Of a stretch of DNA of 59,846 nt, positions 17,633 through 27,789 are shown one piece after another. The stretch is from a virus (Duplodnaviria; Caudoviricetes). The notes beneath the pieces are model-generated. The model saw nothing but the letters and a program-made list of their open reading frames with translations, was not told the origin of the DNA and did not search any database. Both the position numbers and the translations under genes were made by a program. Each line of letters opens with the position of its first letter. Positions within the stretch are counted from its first letter, which is position 1. The stretch covers positions 1 through 59,846 of IMG/VR virus record IMGVR_UViG_3300037502_002383; one strand, 5' to 3'.

Positions 17633-18081
17633 TGGCCAAGCAATTCGCCGACCTTGCAGGCGAAGTTCCCAAGCTGGCCACCGCCGCGGACATCTACCCT
17701 GAGATCCAGGGTCGGACGCGGCCGACCAAGCACGCGCAGGATGTGCGGTCCAAATCGCCGGGCAAGATCAACCTGAAGCACGTCGCAGAGGCGTGCGCAG
17801 ACGCTGGTCTGGATCCCGCGGCCGAGATCTTGCGCGTGCTCACGGAGCGCGTGCCGGTGCTCGACCGCTCAGGTCAGCCTGTGCTGGACCCCAACACCGG
17901 CGAGCCCATGACTGTGGACCGGGTGGACCCTGACACCAGGCTGCGCACGCTCAATGAGCTCTTGCAATATACCCAGCCAAAACTGAAGGCAGTGGAGGTG
18001 AAGGTCAATGGCAACCTCGAACTCAGCGGCGACCAGCTCGATCAGCGGCTGGCATCGCTCATCGCGAAGGCGGCCAAGTGA
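17632..18081 (+). CDS. terS: Terminase small subunit (probable)
   Basis: Directly upstream of terL; GLDP...ELLQYTQPKLKAVEV motif. Confidence 0.7.
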   Translation: MAKQFADLAGEVPKLATAADIYPEIQGRTRPTKHAQDVRSKSPGKINLKHVAEACADAGLDPAAEILRVLTERVPVLDRSGQPVLDPNTGEPMTVDRVDPDTRLRTLNELLQYTQPKLKAVEVKVNGNLELSGDQLDQRLASLIAKAAK

Positions 18082-19541
18082 ATCTGGCTGGTCTGAATCT
18101 CGCCGCGCTGTCCGATGAGGAAAAGCGCGAGCTCTACGAGCTGCTCAAGCTCAAGGACACGCGGGAGAAGCGCAACCGCCTCGCGGCCTACGCTCCGTAC
18201 GCCAAACAGCGCGACTTCCATACAGCGTCTGCTAACTACCGTGAACGCTTGTTTATGGCAGCCAACCAGAGTGGCAAAACATGGGCTGGTGCATTCGAGA
18301 TGGCCATGCACCTGACCGGTCGCTACCCTGACTGGTGGACTGGCCGGCGCTTCAACTACGCGATTCGGGCCATGTGTGGATCCGAATCGGCCGAGTTGAC
18401 ACGCAAGGGTGTCCAGCGTCTGCTCATCGGGCCGCCCGAGCTCAGAGACGAGTGGGGCACAGGGGCGATTCCGCATGAGGCGCTGCGCGACACCAGCATG
18501 AAGCAGGGGGTGCCCGACGCCATCAGCTCGGCCGTGGTGCGGCATGTGTGCGGCGAAGACAGCGTGCTGCAGTTCAACTCCTACGACCAAGGGCGTGGCA
18601 AGTGGCAGGCCGACACTGTGGACCTGGTCTGGATGGACGAGGAACCGCCGCAGGCGATCTACAGCGAGGCCCTGACCAGAACCAACGCCACCAGTGGCAG
18701 CGTCTACGTGACGTTCACTCCGCTGCTGGGCATGAGCGACGTCGTCAAGCGGTACCTGCTGGACAGGCCCACCGGCACGACCGTCATCAACATGACGATC
18801 GACGACGTCGAGCACTACACCAAGGAGCAGCGCGAGGCGATCGTTGCGAGCTACCCCGAGCACGAGCGGGAAGCGCGCACCAAGGGCATCCCGATCCTGG
18901 GCTCGGGGCGGGTGTTCCCGATCGCCGAGAGCGCGATCTCGATCAATCCGTTCCCTATCCCCGCGCACTGGCCGCGGATCGTCGGGCTGGACTTCGGCAT
19001 CGACCACCCCACCGCGGCCGTGTGGCTGGCCTGGGACCGCGACGCCGACGCTCTGTACGTCACCGACTGCTACCGGGTCAAGGACTCCAGCATCGCGATC
19101 CACGCCGCCAGCATCAGGGCGCGCGGCGACTGGATCCCAGTCGCGTGGCCGCATGACGGCTTGCAGCGGGATAAGGGCTCGGGCGAGCAGCTGGCCGACC
19201 AGTACCGGGCGCAGGGGCTGAACATGCTGCGCAACCGCGCCACGTTCGAGGACGGCTCCAGCGGGGTGGAGGCGGGAATCGCCGAGATGCTGACGCGCAT
19301 GCAGACGATGCGTCTGCGGGTGTTCAGCCATCTCGCTGATTGGTTCGAGGAGTTCCGGCTGTACCACCGCAAGGACGGGCTGGTGGTCAAGGACGGCGAC
19401 GACCTGCTGTCGGCCACCCGCTACGCGATGATGGCCCGCCGGATGGCCAAGACCCAGGACGCCGCCAGCACCATGCTGCGCAGAAGCAATGTGTTCCCCG
19501 TCATCGACTACGGCGTCCTGGACGCTGAGGTCGGGTACTGA
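18078..19541 (+). CDS. terL: Terminase large subunit
   Basis: AANQSGKT (Walker A), WMDEEPP, TFTPLLG, GLDFG, DDLLSATRY. Confidence 0.95.
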   Translation: MNLAGLNLAALSDEEKRELYELLKLKDTREKRNRLAAYAPYAKQRDFHTASANYRERLFMAANQSGKTWAGAFEMAMHLTGRYPDWWTGRRFNYAIRAMCGSESAELTRKGVQRLLIGPPELRDEWGTGAIPHEALRDTSMKQGVPDAISSAVVRHVCGEDSVLQFNSYDQGRGKWQADTVDLVWMDEEPPQAIYSEALTRTNATSGSVYVTFTPLLGMSDVVKRYLLDRPTGTTVINMTIDDVEHYTKEQREAIVASYPEHEREARTKGIPILGSGRVFPIAESAISINPFPIPAHWPRIVGLDFGIDHPTAAVWLAWDRDADALYVTDCYRVKDSSIAIHAASIRARGDWIPVAWPHDGLQRDKGSGEQLADQYRAQGLNMLRNRATFEDGSSGVEAGIAEMLTRMQTMRLRVFSHLADWFEEFRLYHRKDGLVVKDGDDLLSATRYAMMARRMAKTQDAASTMLRRSNVFPVIDYGVLDAEVGY

Positions 19542-19552
19542 AAGCAAGCACC

Positions 19553-21814
19553 ATGGACTTTCCCAAGGAAATTGACCCTCGCGAGATAGAGATCGAGGTT
19601 GTCGAGGAACCGGTCGAGGAGGTTGATCCCGAGGCGTTGCGCGCCGAGATGGAGGAGCGGCTGCAGATGTTCGGCCACAACCTGGCCAAGACGCGCGACG
19701 ACTGGATCCGTGACCGCTACAGCTACGGCGTGGACAAGCGTTGGCTGGAGGACCAGGACCAGTACGACAGCAAGGACTACGTCAACCGGATGGCCAGCCA
19801 GATGATGACCAGCGTCGAGCAGGGCTACCCTGTGACGACGCAGCACGCTCGGCCGCACCGCTCGACCGTCTACATCGGCATGACGCGGATGAAGACCAAC
19901 GCAGCAGAGGCCCGACTGGCTGACATCTTGCTGCCCACGGACGACAGGAACTGGGGCATCCAGCCCACGCCCAGCCCGATGGTCATGGGGATGATGGATG
20001 ACGAGCGTCCGGCCATTGCCAAGGACACCGGCCAGCCCATCATCGACCCGGCCACGGGGCAACAGCCCCGGGTCAAGGACGTCGCCAGGGCGACGATGGA
20101 CGTGGCCAGGACCAAGGCCAAGGCCATGCAGGTGGAGATCGAGGACCAGCTCGTGGAGTGCGACTACAACTCCGAGCTGCGCAAGATGATCCACGACTCC
20201 GCGGTGCTGGGCACCGGGGTGATCAAGGGCCCGGTGGTCACCAACCGCGTGCGCAAGGCCTGGATGCCGATCACCGACGCCATGGGCCAGACGGTGCAGC
20301 AGGTGGAGATCGTTGAGGAGCTCAGCCCGGCGAGCTTCCGCGTGGACCCGCGCAACGTGTTCCCCGACCCCGGCTGCGGCGAGAGCGTGCACAACGGCAA
20401 GGGCGTGTTCGAGCGGCAGAAGCTCACCGCCAAGCAGGTGCGCGAGCTGGCTCGGCAGCCGGGCTACATGCGCGAGCAGCTGCGCAAGGTGCTCGAAGAG
20501 GGGCCCAAGCGGTCGGCCACGTTCCAGGAGCTGCAGGACGAGGAGCGGCGTGACATCGCGCGCGACACCTACGAGCTGTGGGAGTACTGGGGCGAGGTCG
20601 AGTACGAGGACATCGAGGCCGCTGGCGTAGACGCCGGCGAGAAGGACGTGCTGCGCACGGTCTCAGCCTGCGTGGTGATGATCAACAGCACCGTGGTCAA
20701 GGCGTTCCTGAACCCGCTGGAGGGCGGCGACATCCCCTACGACCTCTACGTCTGGGAGAAGGTCAGCGGCTCGTGCTGGGGCTACGGCATCCCGTACCTC
20801 ATGCGCAGCCAGCAGAAGGTGCTGAATGCGGCCTGGCGCCAGATGATGGACAACGCCGGCGTCTCCAGCGGCCCGCAGATCGTGATGAAGCCGGGCGTGA
20901 TCCAGCCGGCCGACAAGCGCTGGGAGTTGAGCTCGCGCAAGATCTGGTTCGCCACCGACGACATGGACGACGTGCGCAAGGCGTTCGCCACGTTCGAGTT
21001 CGACTCGCATCAGGCCGAGCTGTCGGGGATTATCAAGATGGCCACCGAGCTCGCCGATCAGGAGACCGGCGTGCCGATGATCATGCAAGGCGAGAAGGGC
21101 GCTGCACCGGACACCGTGGGTGGCATGCAAATGCTGATGAACAGCGCCAACGTCGTGCTGCGTCGCCTGGTCAAACAGTTCGACGACATGGTCACCAAGC
21201 CGCACATCCGTCGGTACTACGACTACAACATGTTGTACAACGAGGATGAGGCCATCAAGGGCGACTTCAGCGTGGACGCGCGGGGCACCAGCGCGCTGCT
21301 GGTGCGCGACATCCAGAACCAGGCGTTCTTGAACCTGCTGGCCGCGGGTGCCAACCCGATCTACGGCAAGTACCTCGACACCAAGCGGCTGTTCGAGAAG
21401 GCGCTGCAGGCGCAGCACATCGATCCGGCCGAGGTGTTCAAGCCCGAGGAAGAGATCGGTCGCATCAACGAGATGGAGCGCAAGGCCTCCGAACAGCCGC
21501 CGCCTCCGGATCCACGCATTCAGGCCGCGCAGATCCGCGCGCAGAGCGACATGCAGAAGACGCAGGCCCAGAACCAGGGCGACCTGCAGGAGCTGCAGAC
21601 GCGCCTGGCGATCAAGCAAGCCGACGTGCAGGCTCGCCAGGAGCAGATGATGCTCACGCGCGAGATCGAGATGCTGCGCATGGCCAACCAGCAGAACATG
21701 TCGCTGGAACAGATCAAGGCCAAACTCGCCGATACTGCGATCCGCGAACGCGGCAAGAAGGAGCTGTTCGCGGCCGAACAGCGTCTGAAGCTCGTGGCTG
21801 GATCCGGCGTCTGA
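19553..21814 (+). CDS. Portal protein
   Basis: 753 aa after terL; GTGVIKGP, WGYGIP, C-terminal coiled-coil barrel. Confidence 0.85.
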   Translation: MDFPKEIDPREIEIEVVEEPVEEVDPEALRAEMEERLQMFGHNLAKTRDDWIRDRYSYGVDKRWLEDQDQYDSKDYVNRMASQMMTSVEQGYPVTTQHARPHRSTVYIGMTRMKTNAAEARLADILLPTDDRNWGIQPTPSPMVMGMMDDERPAIAKDTGQPIIDPATGQQPRVKDVARATMDVARTKAKAMQVEIEDQLVECDYNSELRKMIHDSAVLGTGVIKGPVVTNRVRKAWMPITDAMGQTVQQVEIVEELSPASFRVDPRNVFPDPGCGESVHNGKGVFERQKLTAKQVRELARQPGYMREQLRKVLEEGPKRSATFQELQDEERRDIARDTYELWEYWGEVEYEDIEAAGVDAGEKDVLRTVSACVVMINSTVVKAFLNPLEGGDIPYDLYVWEKVSGSCWGYGIPYLMRSQQKVLNAAWRQMMDNAGVSSGPQIVMKPGVIQPADKRWELSSRKIWFATDDMDDVRKAFATFEFDSHQAELSGIIKMATELADQETGVPMIMQGEKGAAPDTVGGMQMLMNSANVVLRRLVKQFDDMVTKPHIRRYYDYNMLYNEDEAIKGDFSVDARGTSALLVRDIQNQAFLNLLAAGANPIYGKYLDTKRLFEKALQAQHIDPAEVFKPEEEIGRINEMERKASEQPPPPDPRIQAAQIRAQSDMQKTQAQNQGDLQELQTRLAIKQADVQARQEQMMLTREIEMLRMANQQNMSLEQIKAKLADTAIRERGKKELFAAEQRLKLVAGSGV

Positions 21815-21824
21815 AAGGAATCAC

Positions 21825-23678
21825 ATGGACTTCGACACCCTGCTGGCCAAGTTCAACGCCGGCACCGCAACGCCAGCAGAAGTTGAGGAGCTGCAGCGTT
21901 GGCAGAACCGCAACAACTACCAAGGCGGGGGTGACAGCCCTCTGATGTCCGCTTTCAGCTCGGGCATACAAGCCGCCATCCAGCGCGAGCAGCAGGGCAG
22001 GCAAGCTCTTGGGGCTGACATCGACCTGGTTCAGTACGGCTGGGACGGGTACAAAAGCCGCACAGGGTTGGGCTTTGGGGAGCCCAGTCCGGACCAGATG
22101 CGCGCTGGGGTTCGCGACTTCTTGGGCAAGTTGCAGACCGCCCAGCTATACGCAGGTGAAGGTACTCGCAACGACAACTTGGTCCAGATGTATGACCAGT
22201 ACGTTGATGCGCTTAACAAGGGTGACGGCAAGACTGCTGCGCTTCTAAACAGCCGTGCAAAGCTGTCCGGCGCGATGTTTAGCACCTTGGTACAAGACGC
22301 TGATCGGGACGCCGCAGACAACTGGGCAAGAACGCTTTACGACAAAGACGGCAAATACGTCGCAAAGCCTAATGACTTTGGGTCTAGTGCTCTTGGTTTT
22401 AGTCTCGGCGATGCGTTCTACAACGGCGGCGGTGGTTGGAGCGTCGCAAAGAGCTACGCCGACCGGTTCGGACTGTCTGCTGCCGACGTGGCCTACGCGC
22501 TGGGCGTTGACGAGCAGACGGCAGATCGCAATATGTACGGCACTCGTCGGTCCAACGACGCGGTGCTTCTTGCTGCTCCAGAGCCCACGCCTGCACCACC
22601 GCCTCCAGCAGCCCCCGAGCCTAGCCGGGAGGACATGATCAACCTGCTGAGCGGCGCAAGCCCTGCCACTGCGCCTCCCGCAGCGCCAAGGGTCATTGTT
22701 GACCCCGAGCCTCCGGCAAACACAGGCAACAACTCAGGGCTCATCAACGACGCCATCCTGCCCAAAGGCGACGCCGGCTCGCTTGTTGGCACTGCTGACT
22801 TCACCGCCGCGACCAGCGACCCGGATCTGACGTTGCCCAAAGGCACAGATGCGAAAGTCACGGGTGAAGGCGGCTTTACCGACGCCACCAACGTCCAGAA
22901 CTTGCCGCTGCCTGACGGCAAAGATGCGGTTCTCGGAGACCCGCCAGTAGTCACCGACGGCAAGGTCACCGGCAACAAGCCTCTGTGGCCTTCGGACTAC
23001 GCCTCGCTGACGGATGAGCAAAAAGCCACGACATATGCGTCGCTGCGCCGCGCTGGGTTCACCGACGCCGACATCCGCACGGCCGCCGGAGCGGTGCCTG
23101 AGGCGCAGTGGCAGGGCTTGCGCCGCTCAGCAGGTTACGACCTGGCCCCCGGCGGCGGGGTGACGCCAGGTTCCAGCAACACGGTCACGCTGCCCACCGG
23201 CACAGACGCCAAGGCCACCGGCACTCCCGGGTTCACGCAAACAACCATTCAGCCTGAGAACCAAGCGCTGACGTCACCTCCGCCCGACCAAGCCACGGTT
23301 GACGCGCAGGTCATCGTCTACGGCCCAGACGGCACGGCGTACAGCAGCCCTGCAGCAGCTCGCGCGGCCGGTGTCACGAACTTCACGCTGACACCTCCGG
23401 CCAACGCGGTGGCCCCCACGCCACGGTTCTCGCCACGCATCACCGCTGGTCAGACGACGCGGGTCAGCAACAACAATTGGGGCGGCCTGCTGGCGTCAGC
23501 CAACGACCCCATGGCCGCCGGCCTGGCGTCGTTTGTGAACACGCCCAACCGCCCCGGCCTGATCAACTCTGCGGGCAACTCGTTCAACGCCAACCCCTTC
23601 GCCACCCCCACCACTCCGCAAGTCCAGCTGCCTCCGGGGGTCGTCGCCCCATGGTTGCGCACACCGGGCGGCGGCTAA
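21825..23678 (+). CDS. Hypothetical Pro/Thr/Gly-rich virion-associated protein
   Basis: 617 aa, AAAGGA RBS, internal LPxGxDA repeats. Confidence 0.65.
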   Translation: MDFDTLLAKFNAGTATPAEVEELQRWQNRNNYQGGGDSPLMSAFSSGIQAAIQREQQGRQALGADIDLVQYGWDGYKSRTGLGFGEPSPDQMRAGVRDFLGKLQTAQLYAGEGTRNDNLVQMYDQYVDALNKGDGKTAALLNSRAKLSGAMFSTLVQDADRDAADNWARTLYDKDGKYVAKPNDFGSSALGFSLGDAFYNGGGGWSVAKSYADRFGLSAADVAYALGVDEQTADRNMYGTRRSNDAVLLAAPEPTPAPPPPAAPEPSREDMINLLSGASPATAPPAAPRVIVDPEPPANTGNNSGLINDAILPKGDAGSLVGTADFTAATSDPDLTLPKGTDAKVTGEGGFTDATNVQNLPLPDGKDAVLGDPPVVTDGKVTGNKPLWPSDYASLTDEQKATTYASLRRAGFTDADIRTAAGAVPEAQWQGLRRSAGYDLAPGGGVTPGSSNTVTLPTGTDAKATGTPGFTQTTIQPENQALTSPPPDQATVDAQVIVYGPDGTAYSSPAAARAAGVTNFTLTPPANAVAPTPRFSPRITAGQTTRVSNNNWGGLLASANDPMAAGLASFVNTPNRPGLINSAGNSFNANPFATPTTPQVQLPPGVVAPWLRTPGGG

Positions 23679-23693
23679 ACTTAGGAGACTGTC

Positions 23694-24062
23694 ATGACAA
23701 CCATCGCGCTCACCAGCACTGACCGCAACAAGGTCAACGGTGCAATTCTCTACACCTGGGAGGCGTTGGGTAACGCCGACGACGGGGCGCCTATCGCGCT
23801 GCCGTTTGCTGCGGACATCACGGTCCAAGCGATCGGCACGTTTGGCGGCGCAACCGTTCGACTGCAGGCCAGCAACGACGGCACCAACTGGCACAACATG
23901 ACGCAGAAGGGCGGCACAACGGCGCTCGGGTTCACGGCCAATGGCCTGCACTCGGTCAACGAGAACCCAGCCTACATCCGCCCACACACCACGGGCGGCA
24001 CAGGAACCGACGTGGACGTCATCGTTGCGATCCACGCGCGTTACGCCAAGGTAGCCTACTGA
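23694..24062 (+). CDS. Small beta-rich virion protein
   Basis: GTFGGATVRLQASNDGTNW motif; AGGAG RBS. Confidence 0.7.
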   Translation: MTTIALTSTDRNKVNGAILYTWEALGNADDGAPIALPFAADITVQAIGTFGGATVRLQASNDGTNWHNMTQKGGTTALGFTANGLHSVNENPAYIRPHTTGGTGTDVDVIVAIHARYAKVAY

Positions 24063-24075
24063 GTAGAGAAAGACC

Positions 24076-24354
24076 GTGAACGTGGCCATGACTGACACTG
24101 ACTTCCAACGGCTTGAAGCCAAAGTGGACAAGCTGACCGACGCCATCCAGCGGCTGATCCTCATCGAAGAAAGACAGTCCAGTCAGGGCGAACGGATCGG
24201 CAAGTGCGAGGCTTCACTTGCTGTGCACGACACGATGATCCACAAGACTGATCGCAAGGTTGACCAGTGGGTCAACCGAGGCATCGGGGTGTGGGTTGCA
24301 GCCACCATGCTTTTCGCCGTGGTGCAGTTCGGCGCCAAGGTCATGGGGAAGTGA
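24076..24354 (+). CDS. Coiled-coil protein with C-terminal TM helix (XhlA/holin-like)
   Basis: Heptad N-region followed by GIGVWVAATMLFAVVQF. Confidence 0.6.
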   Translation: MNVAMTDTDFQRLEAKVDKLTDAIQRLILIEERQSSQGERIGKCEASLAVHDTMIHKTDRKVDQWVNRGIGVWVAATMLFAVVQFGAKVMGK

Positions 24355-24356
24355 CG

Positions 24357-24722
24357 ATGAGCAAAGCCGGTGAACTGGTAGCGATGGTCTTTGTAGGCCG
24401 CGACATGGCGCATCGCGCCCACTTGCGCACCCGCAGCTACGCGGAGCACATGGCACTCGGCGGCTTCTACGAGGGCATCATCGCGCTGGTGGATGGCTTT
24501 GCTGAAGGCTACCAAGGGCGCTTCAACGAGCTGCTGGACATCCCGCTGGCCGACAACGACTTCGAGGGCGAGATCGCTGACGTGCTGGAGCAGCAGATGG
24601 CGTGGATCGAGGACAACCGCGAGGGCATTGCGCCCCGTGACGAGACCGCGCTGCACAACGCGCTGGACGAGATAGTGAGCCTCTATCAATCGACGCTGTA
24701 CAAACTGCGTTTCCTATCGTAG
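24357..24722 (+). CDS. Ferritin/Dps-like four-helix phage protein (DUF5856-like)
   Basis: AHRAHLRTRSYAEHMALGGFYE...FAEGYQG...DEI...TLYKLRFL. Confidence 0.7.
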   Translation: MSKAGELVAMVFVGRDMAHRAHLRTRSYAEHMALGGFYEGIIALVDGFAEGYQGRFNELLDIPLADNDFEGEIADVLEQQMAWIEDNREGIAPRDETALHNALDEIVSLYQSTLYKLRFLS

Positions 24723-24746
24723 ACTTTTTCGCGGCAAAGTGCGTCC

Positions 24747-24950
24747 ATGATCGACTACCAATCCGCCACTTGGCATTTGCTGCGTAAGTGGGCAGAAGAT
24801 CAGTTGAAGCGAGCGCGCGAAAAGAACGACTCGGTGGCGATGGACGCCGCTGAGACCGCTGCGACCCGAGGCGAGATCCGGGTACTCAAGAGATTCCTCG
24901 ACCTGCCCAACGCGGCAGCTCGTGGCGTGACCGTGCTGCCGGACGAATAG
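24747..24950 (+). CDS. Small head-assembly-region protein
   Basis: 67 aa with RGEIRVLK; typical position before the scaffold gene. Confidence 0.7.
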   Translation: MIDYQSATWHLLRKWAEDQLKRAREKNDSVAMDAAETAATRGEIRVLKRFLDLPNAAARGVTVLPDE

Positions 24951-24972
24951 TCCCGCTGCACGATGGCAAGCG

Positions 24973-25000
24973 AGCCACCTTCGGGTGGCTTTTGTTTTTT
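24973..25000 (+). terminator. cUUCGg hairpin with U tract
   Basis: AGCCACC-TTCG-GGTGGCT-TTTGTTTTTT. Confidence 0.6.
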
Positions 25001-25014
25001 CTGGAGGGCATGAA

Positions 25015-25929
25015 GTGGATGAACAGCTGACACAGGAGCAGATGCAAGAGCTCTGGAACGAGGAGGCTACCAAGCTCGACGCCGGCGACCAGCCCGCGTT
25101 AGAGACTCAAGCCGCAGCGCCGCCGGCCGAAGAGGTCGCGCCGCTGGAAGACGTTCAACAGACTCAGGCAGCAGCCCCGCAACAGCCGGAAGATCCACTG
25201 GCGAGCCTGCCAGAGGCGTTCCGCGCGAAGCTCGCGCAGATCGACGCCCTGGCGCAAGCCAATGCCCAGTTGCAGCACAAGGTCAACTCGGCCGAGGGTC
25301 GTGTTGCCGCGATGCAGCGAGAGTTCCAGCAGGCCAGAGTGGCGCAACAGACCGTTGCCCCACAGCAAGCGCCGACGCAGGGACAGATGGCTGCCGCGGC
25401 CAAGAACCCGGAGAAGTGGGAGGCGCTCAAGAGCGATTTCCCTGAGTGGGCCGGCGCGATGGAAGAGTACGTCGCCGCCAAATTGGGCGCTGTGCAGATC
25501 CCGCAGCAGCAAGGGCTGACACCTGAACAGGTGGCCGGCTACGTGCAGCAGCAGGTGGCGCAGACCAAGGCGGAGATGGCTCGTGCTTTGGAAGAAGCTC
25601 GCATCGAGGGCAAGTACGAGAACTGGCGCGAGATGGTCAACACGACCGAATTCGCGCAGTGGTTTGCCGTGCAGTCGCCCGACGTGCGCAACCTGGCCAA
25701 CAGCCAGGCTGCCAAGGACGCAATTCGCATGTTGGACATGTACCACACCGCGAAGACGCGATCAGCTTCTGACGTCCGGCAAGAGCGGGGTGCTCGACTG
25801 GCTGCTGCAGCAACAACCCGCCCGGGGCAGACACCGCCACCCAAGACGATGGGTGACATGTCGCCTGCGGAACTTTGGAACTACGAGGCCGCGCAACGCG
25901 AGAAGACTCGCGCAGCACGCGGCTACTGA
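25015..25929 (+). CDS. Capsid scaffolding protein (probable)
   Basis: Acidic Q/A-rich helical protein upstream of the capsid gene; GGAGG RBS before GTG. Confidence 0.75.
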   Translation: MDEQLTQEQMQELWNEEATKLDAGDQPALETQAAAPPAEEVAPLEDVQQTQAAAPQQPEDPLASLPEAFRAKLAQIDALAQANAQLQHKVNSAEGRVAAMQREFQQARVAQQTVAPQQAPTQGQMAAAAKNPEKWEALKSDFPEWAGAMEEYVAAKLGAVQIPQQQGLTPEQVAGYVQQQVAQTKAEMARALEEARIEGKYENWREMVNTTEFAQWFAVQSPDVRNLANSQAAKDAIRMLDMYHTAKTRSASDVRQERGARLAAAATTRPGQTPPPKTMGDMSPAELWNYEAAQREKTRAARGY

Positions 25930-25931
25930 CC

Positions 25932-26456
25932 GTGAAAACTGCTGAGGAGATTCGAGAGGCCAGCCGCGAGGCTGTCCGCCGGTACAAAGCAAAAAATCGT
26001 GAATTGCTCAACGAGAAAGCCCGCGCTTATCGCGCAGCCAACTTGGAGAAGGTTCGCGAAATCACGCGCAGGTCTATGAAAAAAGCCTACGCGGAGAACC
26101 CGGAAAAATACAAGCAGAGAAGCCAAGAGTGGCGCAGCAAGACCTACGCTGAGCGAAAGGAAATGTTCGCGGAGTGGGGGGCTAAGCGGCGTGCGCGAGA
26201 GGCGTTCCCTGTTTGGGCTGATCGATTCATCGTAAAGGAGATGTACGACTTGGCGCGCAGAAGAACGCAATGCACGGGAATCAAGTGGGAAGTCGACCAC
26301 ATTGTTCCTTTGCAGAGCGATCTCGTATGTGGGCTTCACGTCGAACACAACCTTCGGGTTGTTCCTGCATCGGTGAATAGAGACAAGGGAAATTTGCGTT
26401 GGCCGGATCACTCGAATCCCGCAATGGCAATCACTCTGAACCACAACTTTCTGTAA
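25932..26456 (+). CDS. HNH endonuclease (homing-type)
   Basis: Basic helical N-region, then VDHIVPL...CGLHVEHNL...N..KGN; lower GC. Confidence 0.85.
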   Translation: MKTAEEIREASREAVRRYKAKNRELLNEKARAYRAANLEKVREITRRSMKKAYAENPEKYKQRSQEWRSKTYAERKEMFAEWGAKRRAREAFPVWADRFIVKEMYDLARRRTQCTGIKWEVDHIVPLQSDLVCGLHVEHNLRVVPASVNRDKGNLRWPDHSNPAMAITLNHNFL

Positions 26457-26468
26457 AGGAACTGAACC

Positions 26469-27527
26469 ATGTCTATCATGAACTACGGCACCGTTGCGTC
26501 GCGAAACCTTATCCGCGCGGCGCAAGGCATGCTGGAGCACGCACAGCCCATCACTGTTCTGGGTGACTTCGGCACCCAGCGCGAGATGCCCCAGAACTCG
26601 ACCGACACCCTGGTCTTCCGTCGTACGCTGCCCTTCGGCGCTTCGACCACCGGCACGACGATCGAGAACAGCCAGCGTTACGTTGGCACGCCTGACGTGA
26701 CCGCGTCGAACTTCGTGCTGGCTGAAGGCGTCACGCCCAACGCCAACACGATCTCGTTCCAGGACGTAAGCGTGCAGCTGCAGCAGTACGGCATTCTGTT
26801 CAAGTACAGCTCCAAGGTTGAGCAGCTGTACGAGGACGACATCCCCGGCGAGATGGTCAAGCTGACCGGCGAGACCCTGGCCGAGGTGATGGAGCTCGTG
26901 CGCTACGGCGTGCTGAAGGCCGGCTCCACGGTGATCTACGCCAACGGCTCCAGCCGCTCGGCCGTGAACACCGCGATCAGCCTGAACGCCCTGCGCAAGG
27001 CCGCTCGCACGCTGGAGTCCAACCGCGCTCGCCGCGTGACCAGCCGTCTGGCTCCTGGCGTGAACTTCGGCACCCGTGCCGTGCAGCCCGCGTTCATCGT
27101 GTTCTGCCACACCGACGCTGTGAGCGACGTGCGTAACCTGCCCGGCTTCACCCGGGTGGAAGAGTACGGCTCGTTCAAGCCCATCCACGACCGTGAGGTT
27201 GGGGCCTGCGAGGACTTCCGCTTCATCAGCTCGCCGCTGCTCAAGAGCTTTGCCGCTTCGGGCTCCGGCACGCTCAACGGCATGCTGTCCGTCGGCGCCG
27301 CCAACGTGGACGTGTACCCGTTCATCATCATCGGTGAGGACTGCTGGGGCCAGGTTGCGCTCAAGGGCATGTCGGCCATCAAGCCGGTGGTGCTGAAGGC
27401 CAGCCAGACCAACCACGCCAACCCGCTGGGCCAGTTCGGCTACGTGGGTGCTTCGACCTGGTTCGCCACGGTGCGTCTGAACGACGCCTTCATGGCCCGG
27501 ATCGAAGCCGGTGTGACCGCCCTGTGA
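26469..27527 (+). CDS. Major capsid protein, N4-gp56 family
   Basis: LAEGVTP, QYG, H.D...D, EVGA.EDFRFI, NPLGQFGYVG; strong codon bias. Confidence 0.9.
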   Translation: MSIMNYGTVASRNLIRAAQGMLEHAQPITVLGDFGTQREMPQNSTDTLVFRRTLPFGASTTGTTIENSQRYVGTPDVTASNFVLAEGVTPNANTISFQDVSVQLQQYGILFKYSSKVEQLYEDDIPGEMVKLTGETLAEVMELVRYGVLKAGSTVIYANGSSRSAVNTAISLNALRKAARTLESNRARRVTSRLAPGVNFGTRAVQPAFIVFCHTDAVSDVRNLPGFTRVEEYGSFKPIHDREVGACEDFRFISSPLLKSFAASGSGTLNGMLSVGAANVDVYPFIIIGEDCWGQVALKGMSAIKPVVLKASQTNHANPLGQFGYVGASTWFATVRLNDAFMARIEAGVTAL

Positions 27528-27572
27528 TGACACGCTGGGGCCTTCGGGCCCCGGCATGAAAGGACCCACACC

Positions 27573-27776
27573 ATGAGCGAAAGCATTAACGCCCGCGTCA
27601 ACCGCTTGGCCGACGGCATCGACCGGCAGGAGCTGCAGCCCCTGCTCGCGTCGATCCTGACCGACCTTGCCGCCCTCACGACGTCGCTGAATCAGCTGAT
27701 CACCGACTACAACGCCAACGCCAACATCGTGACCGACACGACGGCAACCGCGGTGACTCTTAACACCCAAGCGTAA
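27573..27776 (+). CDS. Small virion protein
   Basis: AAAGGA RBS; follows a GGGGCC-TTCG-GGCCCC hairpin (27537-27552). Confidence 0.7.
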   Translation: MSESINARVNRLADGIDRQELQPLLASILTDLAALTTSLNQLITDYNANANIVTDTTATAVTLNTQA

Positions 27777-27789
27777 AGGAACCTGAACC

